From contig CACOVP010000001.1 of assembly GCA_902630665.1 (NCBI GenBank), forward strand, positions 31,225 through 95,224: 64,000 nucleotides of DNA, in the 5' to 3' direction. Each line of letters opens with the position of its first letter. The first letter of the stretch is position 1. Made by a program: the position numbers and the translations under genes. The DNA comes from an uncultured Pelagibacteraceae bacterium (GTDB taxonomy: Bacteria; Pseudomonadota; Alphaproteobacteria; Pelagibacterales; Pelagibacteraceae). The notes under the pieces are model-generated. The model was not told the origin of the DNA, made no database searches, and was given only the letters and a program-made list of their open reading frames with translations. Positions 1-9,929 of the stretch are shown here, piece after piece.

Positions 1-466
1 TAAACCATTTTTTCAAATTTTCTAAAAGTTCTAGATTTTTTGATTTTGTAAAAGCATATGGAGATAAATTTTTATCTTTGCCTTTATTACCTAAAGAAGC
101 TGAGGTAGCCGAATAAATTAATTTAATATTATTTTTTAGACAAAAGTTAAAAACCGCATTAGATCCGATTGTGTTTGAGTCTATACATTGGTTCATTTTA
201 AGAAAGCTCTGGTAAATTCTTGCAAATTCTCCGAAATGAAATATTGATTTAATTTCTTTAGGATTATTAATTAATTTATTAATATTTTTTGACGAGCCAT
301 TTATATATTTAATTCTTTTATCTTTAATATGATTTTTTTTACTACCTGAAGAATAATCATCAATACTTATTATTTTATAAGTCGTTTTTTTTAAAAAAAG
401 CTTTATTAAATTCGTTCCTACAAACCCGGCTCCTCCTGTGATAACAATTTTGTCTTTTTTGCTCAT
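1..466 (-). CDS. NAD-dependent epimerase/dehydratase (partial, runs off the window start)
   Basis: Not in the ORF track. Read manually from ATG at 466: MSKKDKIVITGGAGFVGTNLIK, an extended-SDR TGGAGFxG Rossmann motif. Confidence 0.85.
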   Translation of the reverse strand, partial: MSKKDKIVITGGAGFVGTNLIKLFLKKTTYKIISIDDYSSGSKKNHIKDKRIKYINGSSKNINKLINNPKEIKSIFHFGEFARIYQSFLKMNQCIDSNTIGSNAVFNFCLKNNIKLIYSATSASLGNKGKDKNLSPYAFTKSKNLELLENLKKWF

Positions 467-497
467 TTTAAAAAAATATAACTTTGAGATAGTTAAA

Positions 498-1367
498 TCA
501 ATCTAATCTTGGTCTATACCAGGATCTTTTGTTCAAAAGTGAATTATAGAAACCTGATACTCTACAAATATAAATTTTAAGTTTTTTTCTATCATTAATA
601 AAAAAATATAAAAAGCACTTTAAACAACCTTTAATAAAATCTGGTAAACAACTTAATAATGCATTTGGGAATCCATAATGTTTTTTTTTAAAATAAAATT
701 TTGACCAGCACCAATGCCAATTTCTTGAAAGCTCAATTTCATTTTGGTATTTATCATCAACAGTTTTAGCCCCTAGGTGAGAAATTAAAGCTTGCTTACA
801 TACATAAATTCTTTGATTATTTTTTTTTGCTCTAATGCATAAATCATCATTTTCTAAATACATAAAAATTTTTTCATCAAAATAATAATTATCAAACTTA
901 GATAAATCTAGTATCATTGCGTATCCATCAACACTATCTACTTCAAATAAGTTTTCTTTAACTTCATTATTTTTTCTATTGTTTAAAATTTTATAATTTG
1001 GATATTCCTTGTTATCACTTTGTGGACTTAAAATACTAAAATTTAAATTTTCTGAAATTTGAAAGATTTTGGATAAAGTATCCTTTTTTAAAATTGTATC
1101 AGGATTTAATATCATTACGTACCTTGTTTTTACTTTCTTAATTCCAAAATTATTTCCTTGCCCCATTCCTAAATTTTCACCAGTTATATAACATTCTATA
1201 TTCTCATATCTGTTTTGTATGTCATTTGTAAATTTATGATTAGAGGAATTTTCTACGATTATTTTCTTAATTGCAGGATCTATAGAATGTAAACAATTAT
1301 CAATTATTTTTTCACTCTTTATAGTTACAATAACTATGGTCAAATTATCTTTGGTGATTTGCATCAA
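498..1367 (-). CDS. Glycosyltransferase family 2 (rhamnosyltransferase-like)
   Basis: IVIVT, VENSS, NLGMGQGNN, LNPDT and FDEKIFMYLENDDL GT2 motifs; lies next to rml genes. Confidence 0.85.
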   Translation of the reverse strand: MMQITKDNLTIVIVTIKSEKIIDNCLHSIDPAIKKIIVENSSNHKFTNDIQNRYENIECYITGENLGMGQGNNFGIKKVKTRYVMILNPDTILKKDTLSKIFQISENLNFSILSPQSDNKEYPNYKILNNRKNNEVKENLFEVDSVDGYAMILDLSKFDNYYFDEKIFMYLENDDLCIRAKKNNQRIYVCKQALISHLGAKTVDDKYQNEIELSRNWHWCWSKFYFKKKHYGFPNALLSCLPDFIKGCLKCFLYFFINDRKKLKIYICRVSGFYNSLLNKRSWYRPRLD

Positions 1368-1428
1368 AAAAAAGCCTCATTGTGGTAGAAAGTATACTTA
1401 ATTAAATAAATAATATAAATAATTACAA

Positions 1429-2442
1429 ATGAAAAGATTTATTGTTACTGGTGGTTACGGTTTTATTGGCAGTAATTTAGTAAGGTTACTCCTTAAAAAA
1501 AAATTTAAAGTTCTTAATATTGATAATTTTTCATATTCTGCTCAAAAGTATAATTTACGTGGAATTTCTAAGAAAAATTACATTTTTAAAAAGATTGATA
1601 TTAATAATAGAAATAAGCTTAGAAAAATCTTAATAAATTTTAAACCCCATGGAATATTTAACTTAGCAGCAGACACTCATGTAGATAGATCTATTGATGA
1701 TTCCTCAAATTTTATAAAGAATAACATTGTAGGAGTGTTTAATTTATTAGAGGCAATTAAATCCATTAAAACTAAAATAAAATTAATTCACGTATCTACA
1801 GATGAAGTTTACGGAGATATTAAAGGAGCAAAAAGATCTAACGAAAAGTATACTTATGATCCTAGTTCACCTTACTCTGCCTCAAAAGCTTCCTCTGATC
1901 ATCTAGTAACTTCATACGTAAAAACATATAAATTAAATGCTCTTATTACAAATTGTTCAAATAATTATGGTCCAAGACAATTTCCTGAAAAAATTATTCC
2001 AAAAATGATCTTTAATATAATTCAAAACAAGCCTTTGCCTATTTACTCAAAAGGCAAAAATTCGAGGGAATGGATTTATGTGGACGATCATTGTGAAGCT
2101 TTAATCAAGTTATTTTTTAAAGGGAAAAAAGGTGAAAAATATAATATTGGATCAGGTTTTAATTGTAATAATTTATTTTTGGTAAATTCGATTTTAAAAA
2201 GATTTAAAAAAAGAAAAATTAAAATAGGTTCAAAAGTAAAAATTAAATTAGTTAGAGATAGACCAGGGCACGATCTTAGGTACGCTTTGAATAGTCAAAA
2301 ATTAAAAAGAACTACTAATTGGAGGCCTAGAGTCACTTTTGAAGAAGGAATCGAAAAAACAATAGAATGGTATATACAAAATCCAGAATTTTTTAAGAAT
2401 ATTTCAAAAAAACTTTTCACCAAAAGACTTGGTCTATTATGA
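1429..2442 (+). CDS. rfbB: dTDP-glucose 4,6-dehydratase
   Basis: VTGGYGFIGS, AADTHVDRSI, VSTDEVYG, PSSPYSASK, DRPGHDLRYA. Confidence 0.95.
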   Translation: MKRFIVTGGYGFIGSNLVRLLLKKKFKVLNIDNFSYSAQKYNLRGISKKNYIFKKIDINNRNKLRKILINFKPHGIFNLAADTHVDRSIDDSSNFIKNNIVGVFNLLEAIKSIKTKIKLIHVSTDEVYGDIKGAKRSNEKYTYDPSSPYSASKASSDHLVTSYVKTYKLNALITNCSNNYGPRQFPEKIIPKMIFNIIQNKPLPIYSKGKNSREWIYVDDHCEALIKLFFKGKKGEKYNIGSGFNCNNLFLVNSILKRFKKRKIKIGSKVKIKLVRDRPGHDLRYALNSQKLKRTTNWRPRVTFEEGIEKTIEWYIQNPEFFKNISKKLFTKRLGLL

Positions 2443-3140
2443 TAAAAAAGATAATTGTTACTGGAGGAAATGGACGTTTTGGTAAAGAACTCCAAAAAGC
2501 TAAGAGCAAGTATAAATTTACTTTTCTTGATAAAAAAAAGTTAGATATACAATCTACATCATCAATTCAAAAAAATATTAATAAGTTTAAACCAGATTGT
2601 GTTTTACATTTAGCTGGCTTATCTAGGCCTATGTCAATACATGAAAATAAGTTAAAAAAAAGTATTGATTTAAATATTATCGGAACTGCAAACTTAGTTA
2701 AAAGCTGTTCAGAAAAAAACATTAAATTAATTTTTTTTTCGACTAGTTATGTTTACCCTGGGAAAAAAGGAAACTATAAGGAAGATGACGCTTTGTTACC
2801 ATGGAATAATTATGGCTGGTCAAAACTCGGGGCAGAAGCTTCAGTGCAAATGTATAAAAATTCTCTTATAATTAGAGCATGTATGACTGAAAGACCTTTC
2901 ATTCATAAATCTGCATTTAGTAATGTTATTTCAAATTTTATATTTCATGATCAATTTGTAAAACTTTTTCTCAAGGTGATTGATAAAAAAGGAGTAATAA
3001 ACATTGGAGGAAAAAGCCAAACTATTTTTAGTTTTGCAAAAAGTTATAATAAGAAAGTTAAAAAGATAAAATCAAAAAAACAGATGCCACTTAAAATGTA
3101 TATGAATTTAGATAAATTTAAAAAATTAGCCAAAAAATGA
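2439..3140 (+). CDS. rfbD: dTDP-4-dehydrorhamnose reductase-like SDR (short)
   Basis: VTGGNGRFG, STSYVY, YGWSK (YxxxK); between rfbB and rfbC with ATGA overlaps. Confidence 0.75.
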   Translation: MIKKIIVTGGNGRFGKELQKAKSKYKFTFLDKKKLDIQSTSSIQKNINKFKPDCVLHLAGLSRPMSIHENKLKKSIDLNIIGTANLVKSCSEKNIKLIFFSTSYVYPGKKGNYKEDDALLPWNNYGWSKLGAEASVQMYKNSLIIRACMTERPFIHKSAFSNVISNFIFHDQFVKLFLKVIDKKGVINIGGKSQTIFSFAKSYNKKVKKIKSKKQMPLKMYMNLDKFKKLAKK

Positions 3141-3673
3141 ATTTAATCAAAACAAAGTTTAAAGATTTAATAATAGTTAAGCAAAAAAATAATAAAGACA
3201 AAAGAGGCAGTTTGAGAGAGACTTTTAATAATTTAGTTCTTAAAAACAAAAAATTTATTTTCGAATATTGTACAACCTCAAAATCAAATACCCTCAGGGG
3301 CTTTCATTTTCAATATAAATTCCAGCAGGCAAAATATGTAAATGTATTAAAAGGAAAAATATTAGATTGTGTAATCGACTTAAGAAAAAATTCAAAGACT
3401 TTTGGAAAAGTTTTTAAAATTGTTTTGTCTGAAAAAAATTGTCTTGGTTTATATATACCTGAAGGATTTGCACATGCTTATTTTAGTTATGAAAAAACGA
3501 ATGTTGTTTATTATAAATTAACTAATTATTATAAAAAAAAGTTTGAAAGCGGTGTTAATGTTATGGACCAAAAACTCAAAATTAAATGGCCGAGAAAACA
3601 TCTTATAATTTCAAATAAAGATAAAAATCTACCTAGTTTAGAAAATTTTAAAAATAATTTTAAGTATTTGTAA
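3137..3673 (+). CDS. rfbC: dTDP-4-dehydrorhamnose 3,5-epimerase
   Basis: DKRG, TLRGFHFQ, DLRKNSKTFG, YIPEGFAH. Confidence 0.92.
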   Translation: MNLIKTKFKDLIIVKQKNNKDKRGSLRETFNNLVLKNKKFIFEYCTTSKSNTLRGFHFQYKFQQAKYVNVLKGKILDCVIDLRKNSKTFGKVFKIVLSEKNCLGLYIPEGFAHAYFSYEKTNVVYYKLTNYYKKKFESGVNVMDQKLKIKWPRKHLIISNKDKNLPSLENFKNNFKYL

Positions 3674-3856
3674 TACTGAAAAGGCTAAGTGTTCAATTGC
3701 CAAATTTCAGACTTTTAAGGACTGGTTAATAACCATTTTCACTCACTTCTTAAAATTATAGAATATATTTTAATACAATAATATATTTTGGCTCTTTATG
3801 TCGTAATAAATAAAGTTTTTTAAAGTTATTATAAAATCTTAAATTTGAATGCAGAT

Positions 3857-4651
3857 TTACAGTTGAGGATGTTTGGGAGTGAAGTAGCCTGTGTTACCTT
3901 TTTTGTGTTTATTGTTTATAAACTTTATAAATTTTGATGCTTTGAGTTCTTCAGTGCTAAAATAGTTTAAAAAATTTTCTAATATTTTGGAGGATTTTTT
4001 TTTGGTGCATATAGCAATTCCATTTGAACTTTTATTTAAGAGTTTAAAAGAATAATTTTTGTATTTTTTTTTTAATAAATTAAAACTTTTTAATAAATTA
4101 CATGAAATTACGTCGTGAAAGAAAACAACTGAATATTTTGACAAATATTTTTCATAAATTAAAAATTCTTTTGTTTGGTAATCGTTTGTATGAACAGCAT
4201 CCACAAAAACCATATCTAATTTATTATTAAAATATTTATTTATTATTTTTTCAAGATCTTCTGGGGTAGAACCTTTTATTACATACTTATTTTTCATTCC
4301 TTTTAGTAATTTTTTTGTAAAAGAAATACCATTAGTCCTATATTTTTCCAAAGCGACAACTTTTGAATTTTTTAAAGATAATGAAATAAATAAGGTTGAT
4401 AAGCCATATGCATTTCCTATTATCAAAATGTTTTTTGGTTTTAAGGTTAAAAGTATTGGATACATTATAAACATTTCATCATTAGTTATTCCTCCAGAGG
4501 TGCACATTAGTTGTTTTTGTTTTACGACATAATTGCTTGGTTTTTTAACTTTTAAATATGGGCTATAACATCCGTAAATTTCCAAGCCTAATTTCTTATA
4601 TCTATTGTAAAGTTCAGAAAATATTAATGTAATTTGAGGAATTTTAATCAT
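3857..4651 (-). CDS. Class I SAM-dependent methyltransferase (Methyltransf_24-like)
   Basis: ILIIGNAYGLST, DMVFVDAVH, VFFHD motifs. Confidence 0.7.
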   Translation of the reverse strand: MIKIPQITLIFSELYNRYKKLGLEIYGCYSPYLKVKKPSNYVVKQKQLMCTSGGITNDEMFIMYPILLTLKPKNILIIGNAYGLSTLFISLSLKNSKVVALEKYRTNGISFTKKLLKGMKNKYVIKGSTPEDLEKIINKYFNNKLDMVFVDAVHTNDYQTKEFLIYEKYLSKYSVVFFHDVISCNLLKSFNLLKKKYKNYSFKLLNKSSNGIAICTKKKSSKILENFLNYFSTEELKASKFIKFINNKHKKGNTGYFTPKHPQL

Positions 4652-4832
4652 TAATTAAATTTTAATTTTAAATTGAATATCATATTTTTTTAAAAAGAGT
4701 AATAAAATTCACGATGATAAGCTAAAAATTACTATTGGTAAGATTTTTTAAAATAATCAAAATTATGGTGAAAAGAAAAATTATTATTAAGATTAAGATA
4801 TGGTGATCAAGATTTTATAATACTAACTTTAA

Positions 4833-4909
4833 TGGTAGCGAGGGGCGGATTCGAACCGCCGACCCCAGGCTTATGAGTCCTGTGCTCTAACCAACTGAGC
4901 TACCTCGCC
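4833..4909 (-). tRNA. tRNA-Met (CAT), probably elongator
   Basis: GGCGAGGTAGCTCAGTTGGTTAGAGCACAGGACTCATAAGCCTGGGGTCGGCGGTTCGAATCCGCCCCTCGCTACCA: cloverleaf, CAT anticodon, encoded CCA. Lacks initiator features; an Ile2 (lysidine) identity is not fully excluded. Confidence 0.93.
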
Positions 4910-4986
4910 AGAAAACTTTTTATAATACATTTAATTAACTAAATCATTAATTTAGTTTTTAGTAATACTGCGGAAATTTTTTAATT

Positions 4987-5169
4987 TTAAAGAGTAAGAA
5001 TAATACCAAATACAGTTACAGCTGAAACTGCAGCAACGCTTAGGGCTAAATTTCTGTTTCTTTCAATTTTTTTTTCTTCATTAATTCTAGACAATAGGTC
5101 AGTAAGCTTTACCTTGCTCTGGCTATTTAATTTTTGCGCTTGATCATCTAGTTTATAGTGTGTGCTCAT
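4987..5169 (-). CDS. Small C-terminally anchored hypothetical protein (~60 aa)
   Basis: Likely start MSTHYK at 5169; charged helix (LTDLLSRINEEKKIERNRN) then one hydrophobic segment. Confidence 0.65.
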   Translation of the reverse strand: MSTHYKLDDQAQKLNSQSKVKLTDLLSRINEEKKIERNRNLALSVAAVSAVTVFGIILTL

Positions 5170-5287
5170 GTGATTTAATCTAATCAAAAAACTAATGCTT
5201 TTTGAATACAATATTGTTGCAAAATGGGTTGAAACACTGATTCGGCCCAAAATGATTAAAAATTATTAGAAATTGTTTTAATATAAA

Positions 5288-6625
5288 TTAAGATTTGGCG
5301 AAATTAGAAATGCCTGTTCTTAATTTTTCGACGATCTCATCAATGTGTTTTTTTTCACAGATAAAAGGAGGGGCTATTATTAGAGCATCGCCTGTTGGCT
5401 TTATATTTAAACCAGCCTTGTAGCATTCTTTGTACACTTGGAAACCGGCCTTACCAGGTTTGTCTCTCATTTTTATGTCTATGCCGCCTAACAATCCATA
5501 ATTACGAATACTTTCAATACAATTTAGATCTTTTAGAGAGTGCAATCCATCCTCAAAATACTTTGAGATTTGTTTTACTCTGTTGAAAATATCTTCTTTT
5601 TCAAATATTTTTTGAACTGCAATAGCTGCTGATACAGCTACAGGAATTCCAGAATAAGTGTATCCATGAAATAACTCGACTGCTCCATCCGGTGAAGCAT
5701 CCATAACTGACTGATAAATTTTTTCTCTAACTGCTACTACTCCCATAGGCACAATCCCATTTGTTGTAGCTTTAGCCATTGTTATAATATCAGGAGTTAC
5801 ACCAAATTCTTGAGCTGCGAAAGCTGACCCTGTCCTTCCCCAACCAGTGACGACTTCATCAAAAATTAAAAGTATACCATGCTTGTCACAAATTTTTCTT
5901 AACTTTTGTAAATAATTTTTAGGAGGAATTAAAGTACCAGTCGATCCTGCAATTGGTTCAACGATACATGCAGCTATGTTTTCACCACCTAATTTTTTAG
6001 CAATAACCTCCAAATCATCTGCTAGCTCAGATCCTGTATCAGGTTGGCCTTTTACAAACTTATGTTCAGGTAAAAAAGTATGTCTCATGTGTTCTACACC
6101 TGGCATTAAAATATTTTTAAATTCTTTTGAATTATTTGGGATGCCTCCAACTGTTAAAGCTCCAATATTCATACCATGATAGCCTCTTTCTCTTCCGACA
6201 AATTTAAATCTGTTCTTTTGACCAATAGATCTAAAATACGCCACTGCGATCTTTATTGCTGTTTCTACTGCAGTAGATCCGCAGATTGTATAAAATATTC
6301 TATTTAAATCGTCAGGAGTTTTTTGAGCGATCATTGTTGCTAATTCGAATGAACCTCCATAACCTTGTTGGAAAGGCATTGTGTAATCTAAATTTTCTAA
6401 CTGATTTTTAATTGCTTCGATAATCTCTTTGCGCCCATGGCCAAGGGGGTTACAATACAATCCAGAACTACCATCAATTAAAGTGTTTCCGTCATGAGTA
6501 TGAAGATAAATGCCTTCTGCTTTTACTATGATACGAGGGTTTTTCTTAAAATCTTTATTAGATGAAAATGGCATCCAATGTTCATTCAAAGAATTAGGTA
6601 TTTTCGATTGAAATGAGGTACTCAT
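5288..6625 (-). CDS. Class III aminotransferase (omega-amino acid/beta-alanine:pyruvate type)
   Basis: HWMPF, GSTAVETA, GRERGYHG, LLIFDEVVTGWGRTG, TMAKA (PLP lysine), FHGYTYSG. Confidence 0.9.
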   Translation of the reverse strand: MSTSFQSKIPNSLNEHWMPFSSNKDFKKNPRIIVKAEGIYLHTHDGNTLIDGSSGLYCNPLGHGRKEIIEAIKNQLENLDYTMPFQQGYGGSFELATMIAQKTPDDLNRIFYTICGSTAVETAIKIAVAYFRSIGQKNRFKFVGRERGYHGMNIGALTVGGIPNNSKEFKNILMPGVEHMRHTFLPEHKFVKGQPDTGSELADDLEVIAKKLGGENIAACIVEPIAGSTGTLIPPKNYLQKLRKICDKHGILLIFDEVVTGWGRTGSAFAAQEFGVTPDIITMAKATTNGIVPMGVVAVREKIYQSVMDASPDGAVELFHGYTYSGIPVAVSAAIAVQKIFEKEDIFNRVKQISKYFEDGLHSLKDLNCIESIRNYGLLGGIDIKMRDKPGKAGFQVYKECYKAGLNIKPTGDALIIAPPFICEKKHIDEIVEKLRTGISNFAKS

Positions 6626-6654
6626 TATTAAATTATAGCAAAGTAACTTTTTGA

Positions 6655-7830
6655 ATGCTATCTAAATATTATAAGAAATTAATGAAAAAATTATACTTTA
6701 TTGTTCTTTTAATAATAATTGATTTACTACTTTCACAATTATTTTTGCTAAAGTTTTTAGAGAACGATCTTATAAAAGCGAATAAGGATAGTTTTGAGAA
6801 TAGAGTATTCAACAAAAACTATAATTATACATTTAAAAAACAAGCTCAATTCACCTCTCGATATGATGACAATATTTACCAAATCTTTACTAATGATCTA
6901 GGATTTAGAGATGATAGCACTCAACCATTAGATAGGGATAAAGAATATTCAATTTTAATTGGTGATAGTTTTATTGAAGGAGTTGGTCTTGATTATAAAG
7001 ATACAATTGTAGGAATATTGAATAAAAAGCTGGCAAATGATAAATTCAAGTTTCTAAATGCAGGAGTAGCATCATACTCGAGTTATATTTACTTAAGAAA
7101 AATTGAGGACATAATTAAAAACAATGGTGACTTAAAAGTTAAGAAGGTAATTGTTTTTCTTGATAAAAGTGACGTGTCTGATGATGAAAAGTACTTAAAT
7201 AAACCTGCTTTTTTTAAAAATACTAAAGGAAAATTTATTAATCAAAGAAAGGAAGATTTTTTGGAAGATTTAAGAGAATTGAGTTTTTGGAGATTTTACA
7301 CAAAACAAACTATTTCAGGAAAAATAATTAAATTAGGCACAGATCAAATTGAAAATTTTTTATCAAATATTAAAAAAAGATCTTTTATTTCAAAAAAATT
7401 AAACAAAAGTTTTTTTGAGGTAACTGAAATAGAAATTAAAGCTATTAAATCGATTAATAATAAGCCACACATAAGAAACTGGTATTTAGGTCCTACGTGG
7501 GAAGAGAGAACAAAAAAAAATATTAAGTTTTCTGTAGAAAATTTAAATAAACTAAAAGATTTTTTAAAGGAAAAAAATATTGATTTCTTAGTAGTTTTAT
7601 ATCCCTGGTCATTTGAAATTGATAATGAGGAAATAAGGGAAAAATATTTAGAATTTATTATTCCACTCTTAAATGAAAATAAGATTAATAATTTATCCGT
7701 TTATGAAGGATTTCTAAAAGGAAATATTTATGAGAGTATAGGCAAAAATTATCTTTATAATGACATTCATTTTAATAAGAATGGCAATCAGGTTATAGTT
7801 AACGAATTATTAAGAAAAATAAATCAGTGA
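6655..7830 (+). CDS. Membrane-anchored SGNH/GDSL-like protein
   Basis: N-terminal TM, TNDLGFRD, LIGDSF, NAGVASYS, C-terminal DIHFNKNG (DxH). Start may be 6682. Confidence 0.75.
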   Translation: MLSKYYKKLMKKLYFIVLLIIIDLLLSQLFLLKFLENDLIKANKDSFENRVFNKNYNYTFKKQAQFTSRYDDNIYQIFTNDLGFRDDSTQPLDRDKEYSILIGDSFIEGVGLDYKDTIVGILNKKLANDKFKFLNAGVASYSSYIYLRKIEDIIKNNGDLKVKKVIVFLDKSDVSDDEKYLNKPAFFKNTKGKFINQRKEDFLEDLRELSFWRFYTKQTISGKIIKLGTDQIENFLSNIKKRSFISKKLNKSFFEVTEIEIKAIKSINNKPHIRNWYLGPTWEERTKKNIKFSVENLNKLKDFLKEKNIDFLVVLYPWSFEIDNEEIREKYLEFIIPLLNENKINNLSVYEGFLKGNIYESIGKNYLYNDIHFNKNGNQVIVNELLRKINQ

Positions 7831-8534
7831 AAAAATTAAAAAACTGGGATAATAAAACTTGGTTATCATCTAGATCTTATATTTATCAATTTAACAAATT
7901 TCTTAAATTAAGAGTTAACCTAAACAAAAATTCAAAAATTTTAGATATAGGCTGTGGGAGAGCAAATATAATAAGTTCACTTCATCAAAAGTACAAATTT
8001 AAGAATAAACCTGTTGGTATCGACATTGTTAAAAATAAGGATATTAAAAAGAATATTATTTTCAAAAAAATTGACGCTTCTAAATATTTGGAAAAAAATC
8101 AGAATTACGATCTTATTTTAATGAAGCAAACAATTCATTTTTTTACACAAAAAAAATTGGATAGTCTGCTCAATCTTGCTAAAAAAAGCTTAAATCCTAA
8201 AGGTAAAATATTGATTTTTTCACTTAAAACAAAAAATAACTCGATACCTTGCTTTAAAAAAATGAAAAAAATTTTAGAAAAAAGTTTAAAAAGAGATGAA
8301 GTTTTATTTAAGATAATTAAAAAAAACTTAAAAAAAATAAGCTACACACACTTTAACTTTAAAGTAAATATCTCGAAACAAAAATACATAAGAATGATCA
8401 GAGAAAGATACATTTCATGCTTATTAAATATGAGTAATAAAGAAATTAATTTGGGTATCAGTGAAGTTAAATTAAAGTATAAAAATCAAATAAAATTCAC
8501 TGATACCCTAAAATGTATTAGCTACGGAAAATAA
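7827..8534 (+). CDS. Class I SAM-dependent methyltransferase
   Basis: ILDIGCGRA, VGID, YDLILMKQTIH; GTG start overlapping the previous stop. Confidence 0.8.
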   Translation: MKKLKNWDNKTWLSSRSYIYQFNKFLKLRVNLNKNSKILDIGCGRANIISSLHQKYKFKNKPVGIDIVKNKDIKKNIIFKKIDASKYLEKNQNYDLILMKQTIHFFTQKKLDSLLNLAKKSLNPKGKILIFSLKTKNNSIPCFKKMKKILEKSLKRDEVLFKIIKKNLKKISYTHFNFKVNISKQKYIRMIRERYISCLLNMSNKEINLGISEVKLKYKNQIKFTDTLKCISYGK

Positions 8535-8858
8535 TTATTTTCCTGGCTCTTTGTATGATGATGCCATTTTCTGAGCAGTTTTAGCTATTTCATTTAAATT
8601 TACATCTTCCAAAATTGTAAAATCTGAAACAGCACCACTAGAAACAGCAACCATTGCAGCTGCAGCAGCTTGTTCAAAAGTTCCTTCAATCACTGCCATA
8701 AAATCATATTTACCTCTTAGGCCTGAGTATTGAGTTACTTTCGCTCCTACAGAAGCAGCAAGTGCAGATGTAGCAGCTTTTCTGTCAGTAGAAGGATTGC
8801 TTACAAATCCCCCCAAACCTTTAGCTGTGTAACATCCAAGTGTATAAAATTTTGCCAT
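8535..8858 (-). CDS. GYD domain-containing protein
   Basis: YTAKG...DRKAA...GAKV...GKYDFMAV pattern of the GYD family; SD-like AAGGGG. Confidence 0.75.
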   Translation of the reverse strand: MAKFYTLGCYTAKGLGGFVSNPSTDRKAATSALAASVGAKVTQYSGLRGKYDFMAVIEGTFEQAAAAAMVAVSSGAVSDFTILEDVNLNEIAKTAQKMASSYKEPGK

Positions 8859-8871
8859 TGTTACCCCTTTC

Positions 8872-9165
8872 CTATTTTTCGATTACAACTGTACCAGAGT
8901 GAGGATCTGTTACTCCCAAGTCTGGTGACAATTCTTCTAAAGTGTGCCGAAGTGTGTCCAAGAATGCAATCATTTTTGGTCGTGCTTTAGCAATATCATC
9001 TTCAGAATTCCATTCACCTATCATAAAAAATTCGTTGGGCTTTGTCTCAACATATTTAGCTGAAGTTTGACCATCGAATTTTGGCATCTCATCTATTTTT
9101 TTTAAATATTCTTCTCTGCTAGATGATTTCACTTTGCATCTAACAATATTCATAAACTTAACCAT
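8872..9165 (-). CDS. Small dimeric alpha+beta barrel (ABM-like) protein
   Basis: FMNIVRCKVK...IGEWNSEDDI..ARPKMIAFLD..RHTLEELSPDLGVTDPHSG; AGGAG SD. Confidence 0.65.
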   Translation of the reverse strand: MVKFMNIVRCKVKSSSREEYLKKIDEMPKFDGQTSAKYVETKPNEFFMIGEWNSEDDIAKARPKMIAFLDTLRHTLEELSPDLGVTDPHSGTVVIEK

Positions 9166-9173
9166 ATATCTCC

Positions 9174-9590
9174 TTAAACATAAATCTTATCTGTTAAGCC
9201 ATAACAAAGAATAGCACTGATAATTACAAGGACTAATGGAGCATATATTCCATCGTTTCTAGTTTTTTTGGTTAAACCTGTTTTATCAATTTTTAAAGTG
9301 TAAAAATTTGTCACCAGTATTGAAACATTAATTATAAAAACTAAATTAAAGAATGCCCAAGTACCTATTAAACCATTGGGTCTAATAAAAGCCAAATAAA
9401 TTGCCATTATAACTATTGCAATCATGAATGAGCCTGCAAATCTCGTAATTAAAGTGGCAGTTTTATCTACTCCTCTACCCTTTAGAAATTTTTTAGTGCC
9501 AAAGACTAACTGGTAAGCGTAGCTACCAACTATAATAAAATGTGCTAAGTAAATTATTAAATAAAATGCGTTTCCAAATTTATCGATCAT
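9174..9590 (-). CDS. Hypothetical 4-TM membrane protein
   Basis: Four hydrophobic segments; AGGAG SD. Confidence 0.7.
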   Translation of the reverse strand: MIDKFGNAFYLIIYLAHFIIVGSYAYQLVFGTKKFLKGRGVDKTATLITRFAGSFMIAIVIMAIYLAFIRPNGLIGTWAFFNLVFIINVSILVTNFYTLKIDKTGLTKKTRNDGIYAPLVLVIISAILCYGLTDKIYV

Positions 9591-9608
9591 AATTATCTCC
9601 TTTATTTG

Positions 9609-9914
9609 TTAATATGTATTAGACTCTTCACAGATCACTATTGGACTTGATGGGTCTGTTGCAGCTCTTCTATGAACTACTATTTTTTGATGCTCTGAAG
9701 AATTATACCATCCAAGAGCTTTGTCCTTACTAGGAAATTCAATAACTACTGTGAGAGATTTTTCATCCCCTTCTTTAACTAGTTTATTTGGAGTTCTCAC
9801 AAGAAATTTTCCTTCAAATGGTTTTAAAGTATCAGCTACTTTACTTGCATATTCTTTTGCAAACATGTCATTGTCTTTTATTGTAGGCATAGCTACTAAA
9901 TAGGCTTTTGTCAT
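9609..9914 (-). CDS. DUF1330 domain-containing protein
   Basis: KAYLV..., GKFLVR, EG...VVIEFPS...WYNS pattern; AGGAG SD. Confidence 0.85.
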   Translation of the reverse strand: MTKAYLVAMPTIKDNDMFAKEYASKVADTLKPFEGKFLVRTPNKLVKEGDEKSLTVVIEFPSKDKALGWYNSSEHQKIVVHRRAATDPSSPIVICEESNTY

Positions 9915-9929
9915 TTAAACTCCTTTATT

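Noticed and set aside
4652-4909. Integrative element or prophage at tRNA-Met
   Set aside because: No integrase and no duplicated tRNA 3' end were found in the window.
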